The notes under the pieces: generated by a model | Seen by the model: the letters and a program-made list of their open reading frames with translations, nothing else | What the model was told of the DNA's origin: nothing | Database searches by the model: none | Made by a program: the position numbers and the translations under genes | Assembly (NCBI GenBank): GCA_044359535.1 | Contig: JBIKLZ010000002.1 | Location: 37,118-101,117 of the forward strand | Reading direction: 5' to 3' | Length of the DNA stretch: 64,000 nt | DNA from: Chlamydiia bacterium | GTDB taxonomy: Bacteria > Chlamydiota > Chlamydiia > Chlamydiales > 2-12-FULL-49-11 | In this document: in pieces, positions 25,579-34,990 of the stretch | How positions within the stretch are numbered: the first letter of the stretch is position 1 | Layout of the letters: each line of letters begins with the position of its first letter

Positions 25579-26577
25579 CTAAAAGGAAAGTGTAGCGGAT
25601 GCAGAAAGTCCCTGCATTGAATAGTTCCCCATGACGCCCATTGGATTTGAATAGCTTTGAAAGCCATTATGAGAAAAATAGGTTTGCAGTTGCCATGCAA
25701 CGTCAAAGCAAAGGGCCCATTGCGTCCAAGATAGGTTTTGGCGCAATCCAAGGAGAATCTCAATCATCGGTTCAACATTGTAAAAGCAATCCTTTTGATT
25801 GAAGGCGTAATCTGAGTGCTCACTCCCTGATTGAAAAAGAGTATGATTTGCTAAAAGTAACGCTCCAGAAGGGGTTACATAAAAAGATGAGCTCCTTGTG
25901 AAGAAAAAGGCTGTCTCTGCCCCTCCATAGGGGCCTATTGCCCACCATGACTGCTTCCAAGTATCCTCATTATAAGCGCTAGAGATGATCCCATTTTGAT
26001 CCAGTATTTGAGTTTCCCATGCCCCTAAAAGGCCCATTGAAGGGGAGAATGTAAAATAGTTGCCAAGATAAAATGAACGATCAAGTGTACCGTCAATTCT
26101 GTTGAAATTGCTTTTCCAACGACTTTCTATGTAATGAGCAGTTCCAGTTTCTAAAGGATCAAAGGTTAGGCGATAGGATTGATCTATATTTTGCCTTCCA
26201 TAGGAAAAAAAGCCTGGGTTGAAAAACCATGTATACTCCAAAGAAGCGGTCCAATCATCATGGGGAGTGTGTACCCCAAGAGCCACTTTGAAGCCGCTAC
26301 ACTCTTTTGTCCTTGGTCTAAGGACATTTCCCCTTTCCACATCGCTTGTATTCCCTGAAAAAGCAATGGCATTGCCTTCTTGATATGGGACCCAAAGTGT
26401 GTAAGCTCCTTCAACAAAAAAACCAAAATCAAGGTGAGAAGGGGTGGATATGGGCATGTATGAGGGCGTTTTTTGATCTAAAAAGGGAGGCTCAGTACCA
26501 AAAAGTGAACAAGGGTGAATGCAACTTAAAAAAGACCAAAGAAGAAAAAAATTCTTTATTGGAGTTATTGCTCTCAT
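25579..26577 (-). CDS. MOMP-like porin paralog B
   Basis: Start set at MRAITPIKNFFLLWSFLSCIHPCSLFG; the track ORF extends to 26736 through the upstream terminator. C-terminus GNYSMQGLSASATLSF. Confidence 0.65.
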   Translation of the reverse strand: MRAITPIKNFFLLWSFLSCIHPCSLFGTEPPFLDQKTPSYMPISTPSHLDFGFFVEGAYTLWVPYQEGNAIAFSGNTSDVERGNVLRPRTKECSGFKVALGVHTPHDDWTASLEYTWFFNPGFFSYGRQNIDQSYRLTFDPLETGTAHYIESRWKSNFNRIDGTLDRSFYLGNYFTFSPSMGLLGAWETQILDQNGIISSAYNEDTWKQSWWAIGPYGGAETAFFFTRSSSFYVTPSGALLLANHTLFQSGSEHSDYAFNQKDCFYNVEPMIEILLGLRQNLSWTQWALCFDVAWQLQTYFSHNGFQSYSNPMGVMGNYSMQGLSASATLSF

Positions 26578-26616
26578 AGTTTTACCTCTTGATTTAGATC
26601 TTTTAAAATTTGAATA

Positions 26617-26645
26617 AGGATACTTTGTATTTCTAATTGTGTCAA
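26617..26645 (-). promoter_or_regulatory. Predicted promoter of MOMP-like paralog B
   Basis: Minus strand: -35 TTGACA (26640-26645), 17-nt spacer, -10 TATCCT (26617-26622). The downstream leader CTTATTCAAATTTTAAAAGATC resembles the leader of paralog A. Confidence 0.45.
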
Positions 26646-26692
26646 TAAAGTTCGCTCGTAATTTGAGTAAAGTACATGTAAACGGGAGGGGT

Positions 26693-26730
26693 AAAAAAAA
26701 CACACTTATCTCTAGATAAATGTGTTTTTT
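26693..26730 (-). terminator. Rho-independent terminator after MOMP-like paralog A
   Basis: Minus strand: AACACATTTATCT-AG-AGATAAGTGTGTT hairpin followed by T8. Confidence 0.65.
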
Positions 26731-26761
26731 GATCAAGACTTATATAAAGCGTATCTATTTA

Positions 26762-27769
26762 TTAGAAGCTTACTTTTACAGAAGCTGTTAAACCTTGCAT
26801 TGAGTAGTTCCCCATAACTCCCATTGGGTTGTTATAGTTTTGAAACCCATTGTGCGAGAAGTAGGTTTGCATATCCCAAGCTAGGTCGATGCATAGCGCC
26901 CAATCTGTCCAGAATGAATCCCAACGAAGTCCAAGCATAGATTCAATCATTGGCTCAACATTGTAGAAATTATCCTTTAAGTTGTAGCTAAGACCGCCTC
27001 CTTGAAGCTCATACTGAGTTAGGCTATGGTTAGAAAGAAGCAATGAAGCCCCAGATGTGATGTAAAGAGCCCACTCGTTTGTGAAGTAAAAAGCCCCTTC
27101 AGTTCCTGCATAAGGCCCAATTCCCCACCATGATTGCTCCCAATTCACAGTGTCTGTTTGGACAGTTGATCCATTTGCATTTTGTACTAGATTTAGGTTT
27201 TGAGTTTCCCAAGCACCTAAAAGACCTAACCAAGGGCGAAATGTCAAGTAGTGGCCTGCATAAAATGTTCTATCAAGTTGTCCATCAATTCTATTGAATT
27301 GAGTTTTCCATTGGGATTGTATTGGAGAAAGTGTGTCTACTTCTGTTGAATCGTAAGTAGGTAAGTATCCCCCTTCTGTTTGTAATGAATTATACTGCAA
27401 TGTTGCTGGATTGTAGAACCAAGCATAGTTTAATGCAACCATCCATCCATCATGCATTGTGTTTGCACCAATTCCAACTTTAAATCCACTTACACCTGTA
27501 ACATTAGGTCGAATAACGTTCCCTGGCTCAGCATTTGCTGCGTTTCCTGAAAAAGCAATGTTATTGCCCTCTTGGTATGGAACCCAATAGGTATAGGCTG
27601 CTTGGATAAAAAATGCAAGAGCATCATCGCCCCCTGGATTTTTAGCCGGAGCAACTGAGTATTGAGCTTTTGGTGTCATAGTATTTGTATCATCTGCAAA
27701 AACTGAAGTTACACTTAAGCAACTAGCTAATGCAAACAAAGGCAAAAATTTTTTTAGTTTAGTATTCAT
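26762..27769 (-). CDS. MOMP-like porin paralog A (likely the major copy)
   Basis: Signal peptide MNTKLKKFLPLFALASCLSVTSVFA. YTYWVPYQEGN, GAWETQ, WWGIGPYAG, NVEPMIE, QTYFSHNGF and C-terminal GNYSMQGLTASVKVSF. It has its own promoter and terminator. Confidence 0.7.
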   Translation of the reverse strand: MNTKLKKFLPLFALASCLSVTSVFADDTNTMTPKAQYSVAPAKNPGGDDALAFFIQAAYTYWVPYQEGNNIAFSGNAANAEPGNVIRPNVTGVSGFKVGIGANTMHDGWMVALNYAWFYNPATLQYNSLQTEGGYLPTYDSTEVDTLSPIQSQWKTQFNRIDGQLDRTFYAGHYLTFRPWLGLLGAWETQNLNLVQNANGSTVQTDTVNWEQSWWGIGPYAGTEGAFYFTNEWALYITSGASLLLSNHSLTQYELQGGGLSYNLKDNFYNVEPMIESMLGLRWDSFWTDWALCIDLAWDMQTYFSHNGFQNYNNPMGVMGNYSMQGLTASVKVSF

Positions 27770-27845
27770 TCCCTTTATTCTCCCATTTAATTAGGTTCTT
27801 TTTGTTTAGTTTAAAAAAACATTGATCTTTTAAAACATTGGAATA

Positions 27846-27874
27846 AGAATATCTTTCTATTTAAAAACTGTCAA
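27846..27874 (-). promoter_or_regulatory. Predicted promoter of MOMP-like paralog A
   Basis: Minus strand: -35 TTGACA (27869-27874), 17-nt spacer, -10 TATTCT (27846-27851), then leader CTTATTCCAATGTTTTAAAAGATC. Confidence 0.5.
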
Positions 27875-28007
27875 TCTTTTTTACCTAAAAATCCTTATCT
27901 TAATTAAGGGAATGTTTTTGCATGCCTCTTAAGACAAGAACAGACAAGGATTTCAAGTGAAACGATCTTTGTATATTTTTCAAAAAATGTACTCAAAATA
28001 AGGTCAT

Positions 28008-28829
28008 TTAATTGAATAGAAGATTCATTTTATCAATCCAAGCAATGGAATACTCACTTAATTTATTGGTAAGGACATACCAGCCAGCCCAAAGAAGGGT
28101 GAGACCAAGGAGAGATTTTAAGGGCATACCTAAAAAGGAAATCTGAACGTTTGGGGCTAAGCGATTAGCTATTCCAAGAAAGGCTTCAGCCATTAAAATG
28201 GCAAGAAGTGCCGGCGCAGATAGTTGAATGGAGATTTTAAATACTTGGTTCATAAGATCGATGATTTGAAGCCAAAGAACGTTATGTTTATCATAGAAGG
28301 CAAGGGGCAAAAATCCATCGACGGGAAGGATATTAAAGGAGTTTTCAACAGCAGAAAAAAACAGTAATGGCCCCCCTAGAGAAAAAAACAGGACCACAAG
28401 GTAGTAATTCATAAAAATACCGATGGTTGAAACTTGAGTTTGAGTTGTTGCATCTTGCCCCATCATACTGGATGCTCCACGGGCAAAGTCAATAAAAATA
28501 CCGGCGCTTTGCGCGATGAAAAAGGGGACAGAGGATAAAAAACCAAGTAAGAAACCAATCATAATTTCCTTTAAAGAAAAGAGGATAAGGTAGGATTGAA
28601 GGGTAGAAAAATCGGTGGTGCTATTAAAAATAATTGTTGGGAGAAGGACCAATGTTAATGACATTGCAAGGGCAACTCTTGCCGGTGCGGGAACAAGTTT
28701 TGCTCCTAAAAATGGGGCAATAGAACAAATGGTTGCAAGGCGCATAAAGGCTAAAAGAAGGAGTAACAATAACTGGTTGTAGTCAATGTTTTTGATGTTT
28801 GCAATTAGATTGAGAAAGCTATCATCCAT
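28008..28829 (-). CDS. sctT: Type III secretion export-apparatus protein SctT (CdsT/YscT)
   Basis: 273 aa, polytopic, FliR/YscT-like. It is last in the sctR-S-T order. Confidence 0.85.
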   Translation of the reverse strand: MDDSFLNLIANIKNIDYNQLLLLLLLAFMRLATICSIAPFLGAKLVPAPARVALAMSLTLVLLPTIIFNSTTDFSTLQSYLILFSLKEIMIGFLLGFLSSVPFFIAQSAGIFIDFARGASSMMGQDATTQTQVSTIGIFMNYYLVVLFFSLGGPLLFFSAVENSFNILPVDGFLPLAFYDKHNVLWLQIIDLMNQVFKISIQLSAPALLAILMAEAFLGIANRLAPNVQISFLGMPLKSLLGLTLLWAGWYVLTNKLSEYSIAWIDKMNLLFN

Positions 28830-28836
28830 AACATTG

Positions 28837-29106
28837 TTATATACCCCATTTATAGAAGTTTAGAAAAATCGCATTTGCAAACTGAACAATTTGTCCAGCT
28901 AAAAATCCACCCATAATAAAGAGAGTAAAGATGACAGCGACCAATTTGATTGTAAAAGAAAGGGTTTGTTCTTGAATTTGCGTTGCAGCTTGAAAAATAG
29001 CTACTGTAAGACCAAAAATCATGCTGATTAAAATAGGGGGGCCAGAAAGAATTAAGATCAGTAACAGTGCTCGATAGGCTAATTGGACAACCTCTGCTTG
29101 AAACAT
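28837..29106 (-). CDS. sctS: Type III secretion export-apparatus protein SctS (CdsS/YscS)
   Basis: 89 aa, two TM segments. LLILILSGPPILISMIFGLTVAIFQAATQIQEQTLSF is the FliQ/YscS signature. Confidence 0.9.
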   Translation of the reverse strand: MFQAEVVQLAYRALLLILILSGPPILISMIFGLTVAIFQAATQIQEQTLSFTIKLVAVIFTLFIMGGFLAGQIVQFANAIFLNFYKWGI

Positions 29107-29112
29107 ATACTT

Positions 29113-29910
29113 TTACCTATAGGATAAGACAATACCTTCTACAAGTAGTGTCCATCCATCGATCATCACTAAAAGTAAAAGCTTTAAAGGGAGGGCAATA
29201 GTTAAGGGAGACAACATCATCATCCCCATTGCTAATAAAATATTTGAGGTCACAAGATCGATGACAAAGAAGGGTAAATAAATTAAAACCCCAATTTCAA
29301 AGGCCCCTTTGACTTGTGAGGTGATGTAAGAGGGGATTAAAACAATGAAATCCTTAGTTTTAAGTTGATCTTGATAGGAAGGGGGAAACTTTTTTTTCGC
29401 AAGTTTATAGAAATATTCCCTGTGTTTTGGAGAACAATTTTTTGTTAAAAAAACCCTTAAGGGTTCCTTTGTTTTTTCTGCAATGCCGACAATGTATTGA
29501 GCAGTTTGAGCGGTGAAAACCTCACCCCCCTTGGGCGCATTATTCTGAATATAGTTTTGACCCGCTTCATACATAGCAAGCCCTGTAGGAAACATCACAT
29601 AAACGGCCATTAAAATGGCAATGCCATTAATCACTTGGTTAGGAGGGGAGTTTTGAACCCCTAAAGCTTGACGAAGTAGGGACAAAACAATGACCATTTT
29701 TAAAAATGAGGTAAGGAGCATTACCGCATAGGGCATAAGGGTCATTGCTGCAATAACAGCTACTTGAGTGACAACAGTAGGTTGTTTTACAGCAGAGGTT
29801 TGTTCTACTTGAGGAGAAAAGTCTCCCCCTTCTCCAAAAAGAGCTAAAGGGGCACACATAAATCCAATAATGAGAAAAATTAAAAATGGTTTTGATTTAA
29901 AAAAGGCCAT
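29113..29910 (-). CDS. sctR: Type III secretion export-apparatus protein SctR (CdsR/YscR)
   Basis: TSFLKMVIVLSLLRQALGVQNSPPNQVINGIAILMA and MMMLSPLTIALPLKLLLLVMIDGW are FliP/YscR motifs. Confidence 0.9.
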   Translation of the reverse strand: MAFFKSKPFLIFLIIGFMCAPLALFGEGGDFSPQVEQTSAVKQPTVVTQVAVIAAMTLMPYAVMLLTSFLKMVIVLSLLRQALGVQNSPPNQVINGIAILMAVYVMFPTGLAMYEAGQNYIQNNAPKGGEVFTAQTAQYIVGIAEKTKEPLRVFLTKNCSPKHREYFYKLAKKKFPPSYQDQLKTKDFIVLIPSYITSQVKGAFEIGVLIYLPFFVIDLVTSNILLAMGMMMLSPLTIALPLKLLLLVMIDGWTLLVEGIVLSYR

Positions 29911-29962
29911 AACTTACCTTTATACCTTATCTGGATTATAATCTCAAATAGATTGAATTAAA

Positions 29963-30583
29963 TTACTCTGTTTTAAGTGTTTTTTTAAGAGCATTTTCTA
30001 AAGCAATATACTGATTTTCAAGGTTGGCGTTAAGAATTCCTTTTTCTGTTTGAATAATGCACCCCCCCTTTTCAACATCTTTGCGCTCTTCAATTGTAAA
30101 GATCTCGATCCTTTCAAATAGTTGCTGAAGATCTAGTTTTTTTTCTTCAAGGACAGCAAGGTCAGCTTTATTGACAAAAAGTTTCACTTGATGGCTTCCT
30201 GATACTGCTTTTATGGCCTTTGTCACCACATCAACGATCATCTCTGGAAAGTTATTTAGCCCCTCTCCTACAATTTGTCTTGTTGTTTGCATAACTAAGG
30301 GGAGGATGGCCTTTTGAAGTTCATGACGAAGCGTTTTAATCCTGTCATCAAAATAAAGGATGTGGGTGTTGTAAGGCTCTAACCCCTCTTCAAAGCCCTT
30401 TTTATACGCACTTTCATGAATTGCTTTTGCTTCTAAATGGGCTTTTTCAATAATAGCCTTAGCTTCTTTTTGAGCCTCTTCTAGAAGGGTTATGGAAGCT
30501 ATGACCGCTTCAAAATCCTTTTTCGGGATTTTGTTCTTCCCTGCATGGACTTTTAACGATTCATTGATTGTGAATAGGTGCAT
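29963..30583 (-). CDS. sctL: Type III secretion stator protein SctL (CdsL; FliH/YscL-like)
   Basis: Coiled-coil N-terminal half (EEAQKEAKAIIEKAHLEAKAIHESAYKKGFEEG) and position upstream of sctR. Start at MHLFTINE, with GGAGA upstream. Confidence 0.7.
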   Translation of the reverse strand: MHLFTINESLKVHAGKNKIPKKDFEAVIASITLLEEAQKEAKAIIEKAHLEAKAIHESAYKKGFEEGLEPYNTHILYFDDRIKTLRHELQKAILPLVMQTTRQIVGEGLNNFPEMIVDVVTKAIKAVSGSHQVKLFVNKADLAVLEEKKLDLQQLFERIEIFTIEERKDVEKGGCIIQTEKGILNANLENQYIALENALKKTLKTE

Positions 30584-31413
30584 AAAAATCTCCACGTGGT
30601 AAGGATATCTTCTTCCCAATTGTAGTAATCAATTGAAAAGAGGTGTTTTTGTTTGAGCAACTGGTTGACTTGATCACTGATCTTTTTTGGAACAAAGTAG
30701 GTGATCAAAAAATGATATTGGGAGGGCATTGAATAAATCCCTTGAACAAAGCGGTAGATCCCCCTTTCTAAAATGAATTCTTTCAGTTGATCTTTATCTC
30801 CATTGTATCGTTCTAAGTAGATAGGAAAAATTGATTTTGCAGAAGTTGCTGAAAGGGTGTTTAAAAAGGTGACCTCTTGAGGAGAAAAAGCCTGTTGAAG
30901 TTCTTTTAGGGTTTTTTTAGAAAGGAGTGTTTTGACTTCAATAGCAATATCAAAAAGCCCAAGGTAGTGAATTAAGGTTTCAAGGGCAACCCCTGTATCT
31001 CCAAGAATTTCTATCAGCGGGTGGAAAGGATAGTAGGTAGGGGGGGGAAATCCTATCAAGGCTTTTTCAAAAAGGGTGTGTAAAACAGCATCAGAAAATT
31101 TTTTAGAAGTTAAGTGTCTAAAGATTGTGGCCTCTTTTGAAAATTGGAGTTGTTTATACTCAGGGAAGGCAGCGATATAAAAAGATTTTTCTGATGGACT
31201 CACCAAGGCTAGAAAGTCTATGAAATGAGAGATATGAATTCTTCGTGCAAGTTTTTCAATGGTCAAAGAAATAGGGAGGATGTGTTGGGAGACAGAGCTT
31301 TCTTTAAGAGCTGATTGAAGAGTCTCCGGAAGAAAAGATGTAAGGGAAGCTCTTTTTTCTTTAGAAAGGGATGCAAATTTAAAATGCAGTGCAAGGACAT
31401 TTTGTCGATCCAT
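30553..31413 (-). CDS. T3SS-associated protein, SctK-like candidate (position of C. trachomatis CT560)
   Basis: 286-aa ORF between sctJ and sctL, with a TAATG overlap with sctJ. The assignment rests on conserved position only. Confidence 0.45.
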   Translation of the reverse strand: MDRQNVLALHFKFASLSKEKRASLTSFLPETLQSALKESSVSQHILPISLTIEKLARRIHISHFIDFLALVSPSEKSFYIAAFPEYKQLQFSKEATIFRHLTSKKFSDAVLHTLFEKALIGFPPPTYYPFHPLIEILGDTGVALETLIHYLGLFDIAIEVKTLLSKKTLKELQQAFSPQEVTFLNTLSATSAKSIFPIYLERYNGDKDQLKEFILERGIYRFVQGIYSMPSQYHFLITYFVPKKISDQVNQLLKQKHLFSIDYYNWEEDILTTWRFLCTYSQSMNR

Positions 31414-32348
31414 TATGACTCGTTGCTTGTAGACTCAGAAGAGGGTTTTTGCGGGAGTTGGGGCTCTTGAATATTTTGACTAAAAGGGGCAATGGTTAAT
31501 AATTTTTTAAAACCATCGCCACTTCTTAAAATGGGATATATTTTCCATACAAGCCATCCAAGAGCTGTTGCAAGGAGAAGAACTATGACCATAAGAAAGA
31601 AGAAAAAGAGTCTAAATTTCCCTGTGGAGCTTTTATTCATGATGATGGACCAAATTTTTACTTGTTCATCGCCATGAGAGGCAGTGTAAAGGGTTAAAGG
31701 GTTGCTCGGAGAAACGTCAGTAAAACGGGATTTATCAGAGACAACGGTAACATCGTCAATAGATAGATTTTGAACACTTCCTGAGACAAGGCGCTTAATT
31801 TTTAGGACAAGGTGATTGTTAGGTTCATCCATTACCCCTTGATGTTTAACAAACACAGCCGCTGTAGGTTTTTGAGCAACACCTCCATCAGTTAGGGATT
31901 CTCCGCTATCTGGAAAGGAAAGTTGGACATTTGCATAAATGACCCCATCGATCATAGAGATGACATTTGCAATTTGCTGAGAAAGACCTGCTTGATATCG
32001 AATGGTCTCCTCTTTGTCAGTAGACATAAAACTGCTTTTCCCAAAAAGGTCTAAAAGGGTGGTTCCTTGTTTTTGAGGGAGACCGTTTTGGTTTAATAAG
32101 GCCATAGCTTCGACACTTTTATTTGATGGGACCTCTAGGTTAAATTTTGCTGCAGAGCTATCAGATCCAGCACCTGTACTTGCAACGCTTATTTTTGACG
32201 CAAGGATCCCTTTGCTTGAAAGAAAAACAATGATGACATTGGCATCTTTTTCACTTAAATTATTAAGGATAACGTCTTTTCCCCCTGAGCACGAAAAGAA
32301 TAAGGAGGGGAGAATAAAAAAAAGAATCAAAAGGGATTGTTTGCGCAT
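31413..32348 (-). CDS. sctJ: Type III secretion inner-membrane ring lipoprotein SctJ (CdsJ/YscJ)
   Basis: Lipobox LFFSCSGG. LSEKDANVIIVFLSSKGILASK and IDGVIYANVQLSFPD are YscJ/FliF-family motifs. C-terminal TM segment. Confidence 0.88.
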   Translation of the reverse strand: MRKQSLLILFFILPSLFFSCSGGKDVILNNLSEKDANVIIVFLSSKGILASKISVASTGAGSDSSAAKFNLEVPSNKSVEAMALLNQNGLPQKQGTTLLDLFGKSSFMSTDKEETIRYQAGLSQQIANVISMIDGVIYANVQLSFPDSGESLTDGGVAQKPTAAVFVKHQGVMDEPNNHLVLKIKRLVSGSVQNLSIDDVTVVSDKSRFTDVSPSNPLTLYTASHGDEQVKIWSIIMNKSSTGKFRLFFFFLMVIVLLLATALGWLVWKIYPILRSGDGFKKLLTIAPFSQNIQEPQLPQKPSSESTSNES

Positions 32349-32595
32349 AGTTAGATCACTTTAAAAAAATAGGACTTAATTGTAGCACACCCTTAATAAG
32401 TATGCACTATAAATTTGTAATAGCAGAGGGGGACAAAAATAGCAAATAGATAGTCAGAAATGAAAGAAAGAAAAAAAAACATCGATGAGACATTTCATAA
32501 AAGCGATAGTCTCTATATTTTATAGAAAAATCAAGGGGGAGAATATTTTTGTGTAAAAAATCTAACAACTTTACATTATAGAGTTCTGAGGGACT

Positions 32596-33351
32596 ATGGG
32601 ACAAAAAACAACCACCTTTTTATCAACTCTTTATGACTTTTGGTCCCCCTATATGGATAAAGATGAGTACCTATTTTACCACCGCTTGATCGTTAAACAG
32701 GGGGGAAAAGCCTTAGAACTTTTTTGTGGAAGTGGGCGCCTTCTTTTACCTTTTGTTAAAGAAGGATTAGGAGTTTCTGGGATCGAATGCTCTTTAGAAT
32801 TGATGACTTTATTAAAACAAAGGGCTTTAGAAGTGAATCTAGAGGTCGATGTTTCCTTAATGAAACTTGACGAATTAGAAATTAAAGGGGAATTTGATCT
32901 TATCTATTCAAGTTTAGGATCTTTTCAGATGATTTCTGACAGAGACGATGCAGTAAGGCTTTTGTCAAAGCTTTATACAAGTCTTAGGGAAGATGGAGTG
33001 CTATCAATTGCCCTTTTCCTCCCTTGGACGGGGGTTAACTTTGCTACAGATCATTGGGTGATAGCCTCTGATCTAAAAGATGCAAGAACAAAGCAACGGT
33101 ATATTCGGAGAGAAAAAAGTCATCACGATCAGGTAAATCAAGTGATTACAGGAAAAATACGATATGAAACATGGCTTAAAAAAGATCTTTTAGAGATGGT
33201 GGAAAAACAGCTTTTTTTGCGGTGGTATAGTCAGTTTGAATTTAGATCTTTATTAAGTGAGGCAGGGTTTAAACAGATTGAACTGATTCGCTCTTATAGT
33301 GAAAGTGCACCAGCTAAGGAGGCATTTATGTTATTTCTTGGCAAAAAATAA
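32596..33351 (+). CDS. Class I SAM-dependent methyltransferase
   Basis: Motif I ALELFCGSGRLLLPFVKEG; post-I/II DLIYSSLGSF. Confidence 0.7.
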   Translation: MGQKTTTFLSTLYDFWSPYMDKDEYLFYHRLIVKQGGKALELFCGSGRLLLPFVKEGLGVSGIECSLELMTLLKQRALEVNLEVDVSLMKLDELEIKGEFDLIYSSLGSFQMISDRDDAVRLLSKLYTSLREDGVLSIALFLPWTGVNFATDHWVIASDLKDARTKQRYIRREKSHHDQVNQVITGKIRYETWLKKDLLEMVEKQLFLRWYSQFEFRSLLSEAGFKQIELIRSYSESAPAKEAFMLFLGKK

Positions 33352-33391
33352 CATTCATAAAGTCCCCCTGTGCAGTGGCTAAAAAGATCTA

Positions 33392-33420
33392 TTGACTCAT
33401 CTTGAGCAAAAATGTATGCT
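33392..33420 (+). promoter_or_regulatory. Predicted promoter of parA
   Basis: -35 TTGACT (33392-33397), 17-nt spacer, -10 TATGCT (33415-33420). GGAGAA SD before the ATG at 33454. Confidence 0.4.
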
Positions 33421-33453
33421 ACATTTTCTTGATTTCTTTCTTTGGAGAATTGT

Positions 33454-34251
33454 ATGTACACAATCGCTTGCTGTAGTTTTAAAGGTGGAACAGCAAAAAC
33501 ATCTACCATTTTACATTTAGGGGTTTTTTTAGCAAAAAAATTTCAGAAAAAGGTGTTGCTGATTGATTTTGATGCGCAGGCAAACTTAAGTACAGGCCTT
33601 GGATTTAGCTCCGATGACGATGATACAATGGTCTCTGTCTTAAGAGAGGAAAAAACGATGCTTGAGGTCATTAAGCATACCCACATCCCTGGGCTTGATA
33701 TTGTTCCTGCAAATGTCTATTTAGATGGAGTTGAGGCAACAACCCCTATTGTTAATGATCTTTATGGTCATGAGAGGTTAAGACGCGCTATTAAAGGGTT
33801 GGATTACGATTTTGTCTTTATCGACACCCCCCCTAGTTTAGGGTGGCTTACACAAAGTGCCTTTTTTGCTTCTAATTATTCGTTAATTGCCGCTGTTCCA
33901 GAACCATACAGTATTTTAGCTTTAAACCGTTTACAAGAGTACCATGAAAAAATAGGGGGGCATCACAGCCTTGAAATCTTAGGGGTGGTTCTTTCCTTTT
34001 GGGATGAACGGGGAGCTACCAATCAAGCCTATGTCAATGCTATTGATGTAGCCTTCCCTGGAAAATTGTTTACAACAAAAATTCGGAGAGATATTTCTGT
34101 TTCAAGAAGTGTCTTAAGGGGAAAACCTGTCTGTGATGTCTATCCAGAATCTAGAGCAGCCTATGATTATGAAAGACTTGCCGCAGAATTAATACGTAGG
34201 GTTACAGGGGAAAAAGAGCAAAAAAAGTCGTTGGAGGCAATGTATGTCTAA
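33454..34251 (+). CDS. parA: ParA/MinD-family partition ATPase (chlamydial pGP5-D-like chromosomal copy)
   Basis: Deviant Walker A SFKGGTAKTS, LLIDFDAQANLS, FVFIDTPPSL. Confidence 0.85.
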   Translation: MYTIACCSFKGGTAKTSTILHLGVFLAKKFQKKVLLIDFDAQANLSTGLGFSSDDDDTMVSVLREEKTMLEVIKHTHIPGLDIVPANVYLDGVEATTPIVNDLYGHERLRRAIKGLDYDFVFIDTPPSLGWLTQSAFFASNYSLIAAVPEPYSILALNRLQEYHEKIGGHHSLEILGVVLSFWDERGATNQAYVNAIDVAFPGKLFTTKIRRDISVSRSVLRGKPVCDVYPESRAAYDYERLAAELIRRVTGEKEQKKSLEAMYV

Positions 34252-34990
34252 AGCAAATTTGTTAGCAAAAAAATTCTTAGCCCTTAAAAATAAAGAGACT
34301 CAAAAACCTTCTGAACACACTGTTATCCCTCACAATAGCTTTCGTGCAATGTTTGATCCTCATGAATTAGCCGATAGTGAAATTAAGAATTTAAAAGTGA
34401 TCTTTGAAAAAAGTGCCACTTTATCCCCCTCTCAACATCAATTTGAGAGTGATTTTTCTCAATTGGTACAAATTACATCAGAGTTAAAAGCCATTCAGAA
34501 ACAGGCTGTTATTTTAGTTGGAGAAAGAATTTGTGCTGTCCGTGACATTTTTAAACGACATGGGGGAGAGGGTCTTGGATTTACTGCATGGCTATCTCTT
34601 GCCTTTAATGCAAAAAAGACAGCCTACAATGCTATGGCCTATTATGAATTGTACTCTGCCCTCCCTACAGACGACTTAAAGCTTAAAATGAAACAAATGC
34701 CGGTAAAAGTAAGTTATGTTCTTGCCTCTCGATCAGCTCCGGAACCGATAAAATTTTCCATTATTGATTCTTATCAGGGGGAGAAACAAAGGGAGATGCT
34801 TGATCGTATTGAAGAACATATCCCTATTTTAGGGGATAAACGCTCTTTAAGGACCCTTGGGGAAAAAGCTGTCGATGATTTAGAAAGGATTATCGATACA
34901 TTAATGAGGAGAAAAAAACATATTCATGAAAATGAAAAGTCCCGCATTGATGAGGTGTTACATAAGCTACAAGATTTACTTAGGATCTAA
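34244..34990 (+). CDS. pGP6-D-related protein (candidate ParB-like partner of ParA)
   Basis: 248-aa ORF overlapping the parA stop by 8 nt. It occupies the position of the C. trachomatis chromosomal pGP6-D paralog next to the ParA-like gene (recalled from memory). Confidence 0.5.
   Translation: MSKANLLAKKFLALKNKETQKPSEHTVIPHNSFRAMFDPHELADSEIKNLKVIFEKSATLSPSQHQFESDFSQLVQITSELKAIQKQAVILVGERICAVRDIFKRHGGEGLGFTAWLSLAFNAKKTAYNAMAYYELYSALPTDDLKLKMKQMPVKVSYVLASRSAPEPIKFSIIDSYQGEKQREMLDRIEEHIPILGDKRSLRTLGEKAVDDLERIIDTLMRRKKHIHENEKSRIDEVLHKLQDLLRI

Noticed and set aside
26578-26736. N-terminal extension of MOMP-like paralog B (track ORF 25579-26736); similar upstream extensions of rmlB (15320), tdk (4972), birA (51073) and mcsB (6754)
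   Set aside because: The extensions run through a predicted terminator/promoter (paralog B) or into the neighbouring gene. They lack family-typical sequence. Internal ATGs give canonical N-termini or signal peptides with an SD or translational coupling.
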